From contig NC_092671.1 in the NCBI RefSeq assembly GCF_964355755.1, forward strand, positions 39,938,304 through 40,002,303: a stretch of 64,000 nt of DNA, given 5' to 3'. Made by a program: the position numbers and the translations under genes. Shown here one piece after another: positions 28,301 to 41,302 of this stretch; the stretch's first letter is position 1, and every line of letters begins with the position of its first letter. The notes beneath the pieces are model-generated. The model saw nothing but the letters and a program-made list of their open reading frames with translations. It had not been told where the DNA came from and ran no database searches. Source of the DNA: Antedon mediterranea (lineage: Eukaryota; Animalia; Echinodermata).

Positions 28301-30074
28301 GAGACATTATTAACTGCGTTGGGGAAATGACGCTTAGGCGACCTATGTTTCATTAGTCTGAAGAGGGGATAATCAAATTAACTTCTTGGAACACAGGGGG
28401 ACCAGATAGTAATCGTCTGCTGAGAATATAGTTAAACACGAAGCCAACAATATATATATAGTACATATATTAACATTGTTAAATTAATATATATTGTGTA
28501 ATTAATTTTTGAAAAGTTAACAAGCCCACATCAATGTGCCGGTATGCTTAGGATATTACTTAATGAAATGAGGGCATCCTATTCAACTTCATCTTCGTTT
28601 GAAGAAAATAACTTCCAAAACGTATTGAGTAAATGTAAGGTAAAATAAAATATATTATAAGGCTTTCGGTCTGTCCGGGAAATTATTAGGAACCCCCGAA
28701 ACTACTGTAGTCCTTAAAGTTCGGATGATTCATCATCGTGTCGTGATTGGTCAAATTGTCGGTGTTGCTTAAAGCTCGGTGCACACTGAACGCGAAATTC
28801 GCTGCTTCGCGTTCAGTGTGCAGCACCGGCCTTAACTCTGGTTTAAATGTTAAATTCACATTTTCATGAGGGGGGCCATTCAATTCTCCCCTGTGCACTA
28901 CACCAAAATGCGCTATACTACACTAATACACTGTGAATAGTGTGTTTATTGCATCGATTTACCACTGATCTATCTATTAAGTCCTAAAGATTAATTGCAT
29001 TCGTACGGTATTTATAGAATGCTTCTATTTTAAACTCTGTAAATCTCGCCTATAGCTCCCGCAATGCAACTGAATAATCCCACTTCATTATACAGCCGTA
29101 AAAACGGGTTAACAGACTAAAAGCGACATGCGTATTAAGAAAACCAGAGGAAAGAAAATGAATGGGGAGAAAGAGTCGCCGGCGGGAGGCAGGGGGAATT
29201 GTACAAATAAAATCATTGCTGATTTGTCACTTTGTATCACCTTATTCGATCATTTTGAATAAATATACAATGTTAGCTACACGGGTTCACGTTTTCTAAG
29301 TCAATATGTGACGTATTTAAGAATCCGAATTAAATTTTCTTGTAAATTTTTATAATAAGTGATATTTGTCAGCAAATGTCCTTAATACCTCATAATTTAC
29401 ATTCTTTATTTTCCTTTTAAATTATATTTATATTTTAAAAGGTTTCTGATTAAAATTGGTTTAAAAAAACTGTAATTGGAACATCAGACCAAGGGATTAA
29501 AATAATGATCACGTCATAAACCTATATATACACTTCATGATATAGGCCTACTGACCGCATTGCTATTTTACAAAAGATCTCTGGCCGCAGGCCGCAACAC
29601 TGCACCCGCTCATTGCCCACCGCCTAAACTTACCACCCGACCGGACCCGCCGCATCCAGGTTTAAGTGAAAACACCACAGCAAGGCCTGGGGGATCACAT
29701 TGTAAATCACCTGTATTATAACAAGTAATATTGTAACAGCCATATCGGATATGAAACTTGTCATATTTGAGTGATAAGATTTAAGTTTCGATTTTATCTT
29801 CCTGCTGCCATGTTTTAGCGGACAAAACTTTCATATTTTCACGATAAATATTGACTAGACAGAATAGCTGCTGCGAGTTATCAGACGACTGTTGTATTGT
29901 TATTTTTGATACACATTCGCCAGAGAGTTACTGTTTAGCATGTTCGATATACACACGGTTAACAAACATGGTTAGCTATAAAAGCGACCACATTAATTGT
30001 ATTTAAATAACATCGGAAATGTTAAAAAGGAAGGTGTTACTGAAACCTGAAACTTACGTTATTACAATAATACC

Positions 30075-30190
30075 GTTTAGCATTGTATTTTGGCGACTCA
30101 GATCTACGGTTATGGAACAATCTTCCAGTGTCAATTCGGTCTGAAACCAACTTTGATAGCTTTAAGCGTAAACTAAATTTCAAGTTTATG
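30075..30190 (+). pseudogene. 3'-terminal relic of CR1/L2-group LINE ORF2
   Basis: Translation RLWNNLPVSIRSETNFDSFKRKL matches the WNxLP...FKxxL motif characteristic of the CR1/L2 ORF2 C-terminus. Confidence 0.65.
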
Positions 30191-31019
30191 GAACATAGTT
30201 TTGATGTACAGCGTTTTGATAATGATTTCATTCTAAGACCACTATATCAAATTTGTAATGTAATTGTATTATTTACAGATATGCCATCGAAGACAAACTG
30301 ATTAAATTATAATATAGAATTGACTGATTTTTCCAATATTATTTTCTAAGCTTCAATAATCTTAAGAGAAGAGGTAATCTAATGATTTGGCTGTCTTGAA
30401 TTATAGCTACGCAAGCACGTACGTTGGCAAATATGTGTGCCGTTGATTTCAATATCCAAATTACTGTGGAAATTGATACTTTATTAGAAAACAAAAGACA
30501 ATCTTTTCACTTGTTGACGCATGCGCAACAACTCCTGAGTTCAATGCCAATCGAATTACGTCTAACTGGCTGAAATGTAATTCTTTTAAAAGCAGATTTG
30601 TGTGTAGATAATTGATTCACTTACGTTAAGTCATCTATTATAGTTTTACGCAAGCAACAGTTTGTTTTGGAAAATCTTTGAATTAAGTTTGAAACACGTG
30701 GTTTTAATTCGGCGACTTCTGAACAAGCGTCAACTTTCAGTTCTTATAATCAATGCCAGTACATGATGCAAGTGTTATTATGGCCGTGTAGTGCACCCAT
30801 TGGTTGTCACTGAACAAAAGACGCGTACGTACGACGGGGCGCACGATCGATCGGGCGCACGACCGGGCATACGGCTGGACATACGACTGGGCGTAAGACG
30901 TGAAATATAATACTGTATAATGAAAGTTATTCTTCCTGAATTGTGAATTTGATTGACCACCGAATGATTATAAAACACTTCTAATGTGCACATTAGGAAG
31001 TTGCAAAACGGAAGGTGTG

Positions 31020-31161
31020 TGTGCAACGACGTATATGAACAACGCAAGCCAGTTGACCTATCACAAACGACAGTTCGGATGATTCATCGCGTTGTGATTG
31101 GTGGTCAAATTACTTGCGATGCGCTTATGTCCTTGCATTGCGTCCAAGAGGGAATCAAGCT
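31020..31161. mobile_element. MITE family A, old copy
   Basis: CAACGCAAG..GTTGACC...TTGTGATTGG...GTCCTTGCATTGCGTCC...AAGCT. Confidence 0.55.
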
Positions 31162-32775
31162 GAACAACTGATGAGAAACGAACCACCGCCGCACAACAAA
31201 CGAAAACACAATATTTGTTTGATTCGGTTTTAACTCCTGTATGAATCTATTACTTGTATGTTGGCTTCCCAACATACAAGTTTTCAATTGGATTTTTGTT
31301 TCCAATTGATAGATACTTTCTTGGGTTTTTTTTTACCTCTTTCATTTTTGATATAACTGAATCATCTTTTTTTCATACATTATGATTTACTGTATTATAT
31401 CTCTAAAAAAAATATTTATATATAAAATATCAGAAATTATAATGTTTTACTCAAATATGAATATGAAAGAAATAAATGATTATTTGATTGATTGATTGAT
31501 TGATTGATGATTATTGAAAGCTTAGTTGACTCAACCAATAAACATTGTCGAGCACATAAAGTGCATCGCCTCAATAAAAAATTAAATTAATAATAAACTG
31601 AATACCAGAAAACACTAAGCCTATTTAATTAATGTAAATGTAAAGTTAACGGATCTACGTTGGTTTTTATATATGTATCATTTTACAATAGCAATTTATG
31701 TATAGGCATATTGGCGACAGATTTGATATTCAGATATAATCCGTCACCAAGTATCATTGCATCGTATTATTGTTTCTATTAGATTACGCGTGCGCACAAA
31801 GCGTTTACGAATTGTCAGTGCCTGATTTCGTGCTGTGTATTATTGTAAAGTCAGATGTAATTGGTTGAAAGTTTGATTACGCGCATTCCGTAGTTAACGT
31901 GTTGCCAGGTAACAATACGCGGTACTTGAGAACGCGGTACCACAAGAAAAATAATATTTACCTTTGTTTTAGAGGCTTTTAACGTATGCGGTTTGGTTTG
32001 TACATTCAATACTTTAGCGTTTACTATATTCAAGTGTGACCTGCGCTCGACGTAAACGTAGTTACACTGCGGTAGTGGGAAAACATTGTTTGTCTTCTCC
32101 AGTACTACTTACTATTGTGAGACAGTGTTTAAAAAGCTTTTGACTGACACATATTAAGTATAGTATGGTAGAGTGGTGTTGGAAGAACAGTGTAAATAAA
32201 CAGGCTGTTTGCACAGGCATATTGTGGTAACACACGTAGCCCTCGTGGCGTTTTAATATCTTTAGGTTTGCCACACGTTCTGTGACGGAATAGCGTCTCC
32301 GATGTCACACACGGTTTTCTCAAGTCGTAAAAAAACAAATACCAAATTACAAGCAAATAATTGAAGTGGATGAGTTTTATAATTCTTTGCCTAGAGTATT
32401 GCTACCCACGCGTATGCTAAAAAGCATAACGTTCGAAAAATAACAAAGAATGAAAAATGAATGATGATTGCGGTAAAGAACAGAAAGCGAAAGTTGCCGT
32501 TTTTAGGGCACATACCGTTTCATCTGATCAGTTTTCGTTGTCGATAAAATTGTCACGTTTGAAATCTGCTGATGTCGAAAATATGAGTTGAGATGGATGG
32601 ACGATAATCCCTTTTTAGACCCATTGTTGTTTAGAAAGTCGGTTTGACGGGTGAATATTTGACTCAGAAGGTGCAAAAGGTAAATATAGGTCCGATACTT
32701 GCAATCTTTCCTCAATTCGAGTGGTTGAGTGGTGACGACGTACAGGTAACTGTAACGGCGGTCATTTGATGGACA

Positions 32776-33231
32776 AATACCCCAAGTATCTATCGGCGGT
32801 CACTCGATTGACCCAACACCCCAAGTATCTATCGGCGGTTAATCGATTGACCAATACCCCAAGTATGTATCAATGGTCAGTCGATTGACCTATACCCCAA
32901 GTATCTATCGGCGGTCAATCGATTGACCAATACCCCAAGTATGTATCGATGGTCAGTCGATTGACCTATACCCCAAGTATCTATCGATGGTCAGTCGATT
33001 GACCAATACCCCAAGTATCTATCGGCGGTCACTCGATTGACCCAACACCCCAAGTATCTATCGGCGGTTAATCGATTGACCAATACCCCAAGTATGTATC
33101 AATGGTCAGTCGATTGACCTATACTCCAAGTATCTATCGGCGGTCAATCGATTGACCTATACCCAAAGTATGTATCGATGGTCAGTCGATTGACCTATAC
33201 CCCAAGTATCTATCGGCGGTCAATTGATTGA
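32776..33231. repeat. Minisatellite, 38-39-bp unit x12 with palindromic core
   Basis: Unit TACCCCAAGTATCTATCGGC-GGTCAATCGATTGACC-AA. Confidence 0.95.
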
Positions 33232-34203
33232 TACCGCCGGTATTACCGATTTGACAGTAGGCCTACATTTTAAATTTTATATTATTTTAAAATGATTTTA
33301 CTTTAAGATAACATATGTTTTTAACGAAATATATAAAATATAACAAACAAAACCTCCACTCATCATGTGTTTGGATGTAGCAAGCGTTTTGTCGATAATC
33401 TGGGTTAACACTGACGTGACAGGTATGAGTGTTTGCCGATGAAAACAGCTTTTGTTTTATACATTTAGCTAATGACAACGTAATATGGTTTCCTACCCAC
33501 TTCACTGAACTTAAGACGATTTTCAAACTAAATAGTTCAGACCATAAAATAGAGTATAGATGAGAATGCGAATAGTTAATATTTATTATAACTCCTTTGA
33601 CGTTCCATAGACAAGATATGAAAGTTCACAATCATGCGCAAGTTTAAAAGATGATTTATGTATTTATACGGAGCAGATAAATTACCTACGCGCACATCCA
33701 GGGAAGCGTAAACTTTTTAAAGGCATGAATTAAAACTAAAAATGTCAAATACTGTTAATTGGTCGTCAAATAACATGAAATGAATTAATATTAAACCAAT
33801 ATTGGTAGATTCGATAAGGCAACTGATATTGGCTGTACGCGTGGGCGACTTCTTTACCAATAATATTTAAATTACAATTTAAAGTTCAGTAAATGTCAAA
33901 TGTACATCGGCAATATACGCAACAATAAAGGATTTAAGAAATAAACAGCAATTACTGGCACGCGAAAATAACAACACGAACTTGATGGAGCTATCATTCA
34001 TTTTAACACATCAATAATAATTCAATTTGAAGTTGAAGTTCTATTGTTAGATAAATACAGTATGTGCACGAAATTCAAAAATATTGACAGATAGATTACC
34101 AACAAAATAATTTGAATTAGTTATACTAAAAACAACTTGTTCCCAGTCAGTACTGTACCTAACTAAAATTACCGGCATAGTTCTAATAGAACTTATGAAG
34201 CGA

Positions 34204-34337
34204 AGCGTTGTTTCCACAGAGACGCAACACAAGGGCGTACGCGCAACGCAGACAGTTGACCAATGACAAGCCACTGTTCGAATAGTCCATTGTGATTGGT
34301 CAAATAATTTGCGTTGCGTCGATATGGAAACCAAGCT
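34204..34337. mobile_element. MITE family A copy
   Basis: AGCGTTGTTTCCAC...GGAAACCAAGCT followed by TAA. Confidence 0.7.
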
Positions 34338-36220
34338 TAAAACAATTATATCCAATGAGAACAAAGCAAAATGTGAATTGAATGACTACGATATAGCAAC
34401 CGATATATGTATGTCAATATGTCATACGTTATTAGAAAAACAAATTTTAATTAAGAAAAAAACAGAATTCTATTAAAATTGATTACAGTATGATACAATA
34501 TTAAAATGTCAAACGAATTAATAAACGTAAAACACTTACAGCAAACGCCCCCAGAAAACATTGCGACGACGGCAACATGTCATCTTGCATTCATGTCAGA
34601 TTAAGTTCAACTCAGCCTTAACGTCGTCGTCTCAAAGTTTTTATTCGTTCAAAAGTTTCTATAATGAAAGCAAAATAAAAACTGCCGTATATCAACAATT
34701 CTAACTGAAATTTTTAAAATAATAATAAAAATGTCATGTAAAAGTATTTGTCCGGAGAACCCCCCTCGATTGTTCCCTTCAAACTGAAATTATTGGCTGT
34801 AAGCTTACACGCGGAAGATGTGTTTTGGACATCAAGAAATACAAATAGTTGCGTGTTATGACTTGTACAAATAAACATCTCAAGTCAAGTTAGTTGATGT
34901 TTTGTAAATTAGCCAAGTCGCTATTTAAAGTAGAATTTACAAAGCATGTATATTTAAGGTATCTGGGTCGTCGTCATTGCGTGTGCCATGAAGCAAAACA
35001 ATCATTACAAGACGACGTGCCGACGACTGACAAAATTGGCGAGAAACATCTACTACTACATTAAAGGAACTGTTTCACATTAATTACAAACTAACATCAT
35101 AGATTATCGATTGTGATTGGTTCGGGATCGCGTACTGATGGGCAAATAATGAGTATGTTACAATGATGATGTATGTATACAACATAGCCTATAGCTTAAA
35201 TATAATGCTGAAATTATCACATTTTTGAATAAATATAACAAGAGTTAAGCTTAAATTAACCAAAACCAACTCATACAAATAAGTATATGATTAATATTAA
35301 CAGATATCAGACTAAAGTACATTGCTTAATCCTGATAAATTTAAATGTTGTTCAACTAAAGAGGTCAATAAAACGACATGAAACACAGAAAGGACTACGA
35401 CCTATATGAAGATTCATTTTGATTGAACAAGTAATCAAAATCAATTATCAAAGCTTATTTAACTATGAAAGATGTTTTGACCACAATTCGGTATCAGTGA
35501 GAGACATACTACAGAAGGTCTATATATTACATTGGTTTCTGTTGAAAAAAATAATGACAGAGAGACGGATATGAATTTCTCTAGTGGATTATAACAGCGT
35601 TTGACATATCCGTTGATATCTATACCACTTAATAATACAGAGATTCTAAACTCCCATTATTGATAAAATTAGATCTGAAATATATGTTGACAGCGAGTTA
35701 CACTTGAATGAATTGTTGACACTATCAGTACTGTACTAAACGACATTAAAGGGAAGCTTCCTTGGAGAGAATATACACAAGATGGGCGTCTAAATCATGC
35801 CGGATCCACCCCCACGGGGAATTTAAAATCCTTAGAGAGGCGGATATCGGTGCAACACATTTGGAAATGACCCTTCATTTCATGTTTTTTAGGACAATAA
35901 CCTATATCAATTCAAATAATGAACGTGATGACATGTTATTCTACGGATACATTGAGAATAATTGCACGAGTTCAGGACTGGTCGTCAGAGGAAGGGGCTA
36001 AGATCGAAGGTCAAGACAAGGTAGGGGATAACATCTTGTCACGTATACCATGGCCTACCAGTCACCCCAGGCCTAAAAAAAGTATTGATGTTACTAACTG
36101 AGGCTAACAACTGGACATTTTTGGTAAAACCAAACCAAAGTTTATCAATTTGGAGGAGTGGAGAGGGAGACACATCCATTGATATTTAATTATACTGGGC
36201 AACCTCTTCACAGTCAAAGA

Positions 36221-36917
36221 CTGGTCTTCCAGCGGCTGTGATGTACTAAGTACACCAGGGTAACCCCCTACTCGTCTTCCAGCGGCTGTGATGTACTAAG
36301 TACACCAGGGTAACCCCTTACTCGTCTTCCAGCGACTGTGATGTACTAAGTACACCAGGGTAACCCCATACTCGTCTTCCAGCGGCTGTGATGTACTAGT
36401 ACACTAGGGTAACCACCTACTCGTCTTCCAGCGGCTGTGATGTACTAAGTACACCAGGGTAACCCCTACTCGTCTTCCAGCGGCTGTGATGTACTAAGTA
36501 CACCAGGGTAACCCCCTACTCGTCTTCCAGTGGCTGTGATGTACTAGTACACCAGGGTAACCCCTACTCGTCTTCCAGCGGCTGTGATGTACTAGTACAC
36601 CAGGGTAACCCCCTACTCGTCTTCCAGTGGCTGTGATGTACTAGTACACCAGGGTAACCCCCTACTCGTCTTCCAGTGGCTGTGATGTACTAGTACACCA
36701 GGGTAACCCCCTACTCGTCTTCCAGTGGCTGTGATGTACTAAGTACACCAGGGTAACCCCCTACTCGTCTTCCAGCGGCTGTGATGTACTAGTACACCAG
36801 GGTAACCCCCTACTCGTCTTCCAGCGGCTGTGATGTACTAGTACACCAGGGTAACCCCCTACTCGTCTTCCAGCGGCTGTGATGTACTAGTACACCAGGG
36901 TAACCCCCTACTCGTCT
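36221..36917. repeat. Minisatellite, 49-50-bp unit x~14, inside a Deu-SINE fragment
   Basis: Unit CTCGTCTTCCAGCGGCTGTGATGTACTA(A)GTACACCAGGGTAACCCCCTA. Confidence 0.96.
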
Positions 36918-37516
36918 CGAAAGATGTACTGGGTTCTTGTGTACATTTGAGAAACACAACACATATTTAATAACTTGTACAGCGTACAAGTAATGGTACA
37001 TTGAAGAAAAAAATAAATAAATAAATGTAATTGAAGAAACGACCAAAGGGGCGATGTACACGATTGATGTCGAGTAGTTGACATCGAGGGGAAGGAGATT
37101 ACATTGAAACATGCAGGTATATTAAAACAAGTGTTACAGTGCAAGACGACTGCTGTTGCGTCACAGCATGTCACTGAATGTCATTACATAAAAAATATAA
37201 TGGTCTATTTATATATTCAATTTCATTGGTAACAGTCTGATAAAGTTCGTTAAACTGCAAAGGCAGCTATGTATGTGGTGGCATGGGTATCTGGTGACAT
37301 GAAAGGAGGAGGATTGGTCATTTCAAGATACAAGATACAAGATACAAGAAAACTTTATTCATCCCAACTTGGGAAATTGTGTTGCTGTCTAATAACAATG
37401 CCGTATTTAAAAGAGAAATGATAGGCCTAATACATAAGTGTGATAATAATAACAACAATAAAAGTGTATCGTAATAAGGTTGAGTCTCGGTCATCTATTT
37501 CTATAGTAGGCCTAAA

Positions 37517-37830
37517 AGCTTGGTTCCCACTCGATATGTACGCAACGTAACGCAACGAAGGCAAATTCCCTTTCAATAATTGTGTTTGCCCATGCATGAG
37601 CGCGTGAAATCAAAACAGCGATAATTTTAGCACTTTTGGGTCGTCGGTTCCCACTTGTGATTACACAATACAGCACTTTGCGTCATTACGTCGCGTTCTA
37701 GTTGTAACCACGCTTTAAAGATTGGTTTCCAACGCAAGTGATACCAAGCGACAGTGACAGTTCGGATGATCCATTGCAATTGGTGATTGGTCGAACGTTC
37801 TGCTACGTCATTACGCTGCGTCCAAAAAGT
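37517..37830. mobile_element. MITE family A-related copy plus adjacent fragment
   Basis: AGCTTGGTTCCCACTC...CTAGTTGTAACCACGCT (ends 37714), followed by a further decayed copy. Confidence 0.6.
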
Positions 37831-38596
37831 ATGGATCAATCACTGCTACGGATTTGGACTCTAAATATTAGAGTTTATTAACGTTTTGTAAACTAATGTT
37901 TATTAAGTACATACTGCCTCTTTTGATGCTCAATCATTTTTTTTTTTATGTTCCACATTATAAGCAATAAATATTAAAACACCAAGTAAATCATATTAAA
38001 ACCTAATAATACATGTGATTTATAAGCTTGACTGGTAGTCGTGCATATTAATGAATGTGCAATAAATAAAAAGTATAATATTGCAAGCATAAAGATACTC
38101 ACTATTATCTTCAACTGCTGTGTGGTGTCACCACACCTCAAAACAACTCCACTCCCTGCAGTAAATTATATAAGTTGCCACCTGTTGTGAAATAAAAATG
38201 TAAAAAAAAAAGTGAAATACTGTATTTTAATATCATAAACACTAAGTGACCTATCCATATATGGTACCTGAATTAGCTGAGAAAAATAAAATACCATATT
38301 ACAATATATAATATCATAGAACACAAATATGGTAGCTGAAATAGTAGCGACAAAAAAATAAAATATTGTATTACAATATATATAAACACATATATGTACC
38401 TGAATTAGCTGAGCCAAAAAAAAAAATAATAATACTATATTACAATATATATAAACACATATCCATATAGGCCTATGGTAGCTGAATTAGCAAAAAAATA
38501 AATTGATACACTACTAGCAGAGAAGAGATTTCTAAACGTGACTGATATGTCGTTCTCATTATGGAAAAGTTCTATCAGAATTCAAATCAACATATT

Positions 38597-38745
38597 AATG
38601 ATAATTCATTTTTGGTTAATCCTTGTTTTTTTCGTCTACCTGTCGGGAATACTTCGTCACGAATGACGTCACAGGTTATTTGTGTGACGTCAATTTCGAA
38701 TGCAAAAACAAGTAAGGATTAACCTGAAAATTAATTTATCATTAT
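38597..38745. mobile_element. Decayed MITE-like inverted repeat
   Basis: AATGATAA..TTTTGGTTAATCCTT / AAGGATTAACC..AAAA..TTATCATT around two TGACGTCA motifs. Confidence 0.45.
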
Positions 38746-38849
38746 ATTGGTATATCTATATATCTATATAGAGACATTGAGACATTCAAACATTAATTTT
38801 GCCAGAGACATTCACATATTAACAATTATTTACACTTGAAGCTTTTGTC

Positions 38850-39110
38850 TTTGTTTTAAATTTCCTGCTTTATAAGCAACCATTCCTGCTTTGTACCCCA
38901 TAGCTTTTGGAGGCGTGCCTTTATAACTATGCCTTTTGTTTGTTAACATCTTTGATTGGCTGATTTGTTTTATTATGTAATTTTGTGACTTATATATGTT
39001 ATCCTTTGTTACAATTCTCTTCACCTGATTGATGGGCTATACCCGAAACATGTCGTTAAAATAAATCTATATTGAGGCAGTTTTAACTTATTTGATCTTG
39101 ATTTTTTTTC
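38850..39110 (+). mobile_element. Probable Penelope-like pseudo-LTR relic with degenerate hammerhead motif
   Basis: CTGA(T)TGA-T-GGG-ctata-CCC-GAAACATGTC (39025-39054) followed by AATAAA, the layout typical of PLE LTRs. Boundaries approximate. Confidence 0.5.
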
Positions 39111-40219
39111 TATATCCTGCCTATGCAGCTCTTTGATTTATATATATATCTATCTATCTTCATTGTTCTTGTAACATACCAATTTATAATTTGATGAACT
39201 AAACTTGAACTAAACTTGAAAAGGAGTTCAAATTTTTACTAAATGGCCAAAACTTGTTTGTTTATGGCACTAACCATTGAGTTTTTTATCTCTAGAAGCA
39301 CAAGTTGATATCCATGACTGACTTCCCCTCTTTAGTAGACAGATTATCCTGAAGCTTGAGTCTTCGACAATCCTTGACTATATTCCCATCAACTCCAAAC
39401 AAATTATGTATCTCAATCATATACTGATTAAACGAGACAATCGTTATAAAACTTTTAAAAATCAAAAAATGTGCAGGGCCTAAGCTGATTATATATCCAA
39501 GATGAATACAAGAAATTATTAAATTAATCAATCAATCAATCAATTGATCTATATGATTAAAACTCAACCAGTTCTTCAACTAAAATCCATTCCAATTTTG
39601 TCTGCATCTTGGTAGAGGTGTTTTGGTTGGTTTGGGTCGTTTTGGAATGTTTAGTCAATAGATCAATATATTATTAGTAACATTATTCAATCAGTTAATC
39701 AATCAATCGATATCAATACATCAATCAATTAGAAATCAATATCAATCATTGTGTATCAATAAAAAGTGCAGCAGTAGTTATTATTCAAGTTTAAAATAAG
39801 AAAGACATAATACATGATTTATTTGTCTAAAATGTTAATAATTATAGTATGTTAACATCCTTAATATACAATAATAAATAGTTATTGCCACATAAATTAT
39901 TCTACACCTATTTTGGTAGAAATACAGCCGCCTCATTGCCTTTACTACTTTAAACCTTCTAGTCATAACTCACAGTTGTTTTTAATGGAATTCAATAGCT
40001 CATTTTTTTGTAAAATTCAGCTAGATAAAATAAATATTGTTAATACTTTAATACTTAATCAGTGTTCTTCTGATTCAGAAATCAATCCAGCAAATCCTAG
40101 GCAACACGTATCTAACTAAATACAACAATTAAAAATATATTGTAATTTGTTGATCTAGTAGACAAAATATAACTTCTGATTAGCCGTTTATAAACCAAGT
40201 CTAATGTGAGTTACAAACC

Positions 40220-40293
40220 TGGCACTAGATCAAGATTGAACCCCGGACCTTGGGATTGGAAGGCAAGCATGCTAACCATCAAACTACAGCTCC
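40220..40293 (-). mobile_element. Degenerate tRNA-like SINE head
   Basis: Minus strand GGAGCTGTAGTTTGATGGTTAGCATGCTTGCC...GGTCCGGGGTTCAATCTTG shows decayed A and B boxes. Confidence 0.45.
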
Positions 40294-40844
40294 ACTTCAA
40301 TGGCTATGTTCAGCCGAATGTATCAGACAAGTGCTTATTTTATGTTATATTTTCTTACACTATTTTAAATACCAGTTGGAAGGATTATAACATTGGATTT
40401 GGAAGAACACTGCTTAATATTTGTTAAATTAGTTAGTAATAATAAAATTATAAGAAAATGTTGCACTGCTAGTGACATTAGTATTTTGACTCATTCATTT
40501 CTAATACTGTTTGTAATGAAATAGATAGTGAGATGTTTTATTGTTAATTAACATAGCAAGGTTGTGTGATAGACAGGAATGTGCTATTTTTAATGTAAGT
40601 CATCACATTTCATGTTCCTTTTATGGACATGAACATACTGATATAACATTTATACTCCTAATTAAATTACTTTCATTAGAAATGTTCATATAAAAATAAA
40701 TATTTGGAAATACACTATATGTATTATTAAAACATATAGAAATAAAGTTATTTTATTGTGTTGTAATTATGAATTAATTATGAATTTAAAAATGAGTAAA
40801 ATAATCTTAAAATATAAACTATTTACAGTTTTTAAATTAAATAA

Positions 40845-41112
40845 ATCTTGTATTTATATATAAGCTGCATCATAATTTGGTATAATCTAATATTAATCTC
40901 ATATTAATCTAACAATAATCTCATACTAATCTCATATTAATCCTTATTTATCCCTAACTGTATTAAAGGGATTATTAATAACAATTTTTTAAAATAAAAT
41001 TAATCTTGTATTTATATAAGCATAATTTGGTATAATATAATAATAATCTAATATTAATCTCATATTAATCCTTATTTATCCCTAACTGTATTGAAGGGAT
41101 TACTTATAACAG
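40845..41112. repeat. Imperfect tandem duplication covering the stop codon and proximal 3'UTR
   Basis: CTCATATTAATCCTTATTTATCCCTAACTGTATT(A/G)AAGGGATTA occurs at ~40931 and ~41059, with shared upstream AATCTTGTATTTATATA. Confidence 0.85.
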
Positions 41113-41302
41113 AGGAATGCATTAAAAGAAACAGCGGTAGATATGTAAGAAAATCTAGAATATCAAGCGCCTCCAAGTGGCCGAGTTTAGTTTGGACTTC
41201 ATCTTGGTGTTCCTGACTGACGCCACCCGCCTTCAACTCAATCATTAAACGATCCAATGAGAGCTGATTGGTTGATTCATCTACGTTCCATAAAAACAAC
41301 TC
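41072..41302 (-). CDS. Terminal coding exon F (ELFLWNVDESTNQLSLDRLMIELKAGG...LDILDFLTYLPLFLLMHSSVISNPFNTVRDK*)
   Basis: Matches ORF 41072..41299. Acceptor tttttttattttaAG|, phase 0, ends in TAA. Contains degenerate EF-hand-like helices. Confidence 0.9.
   Translation of the reverse strand, partial: ELFLWNVDESTNQLSLDRLMIELKAGGVSQEHQDEVQTKLGHLEALDILDFLTYLPLFLLMHSSVISNPFNTVRDK

Noticed and set aside
31168-31206. CTGATGAG...CGAA hammerhead-like string
   Set aside because: No credible stems I-III around the core.
32534-32550. TTCGTTGTCG resembling the 5' end of miR-981
   Set aside because: Only ~10 nt match and no precursor hairpin evident.
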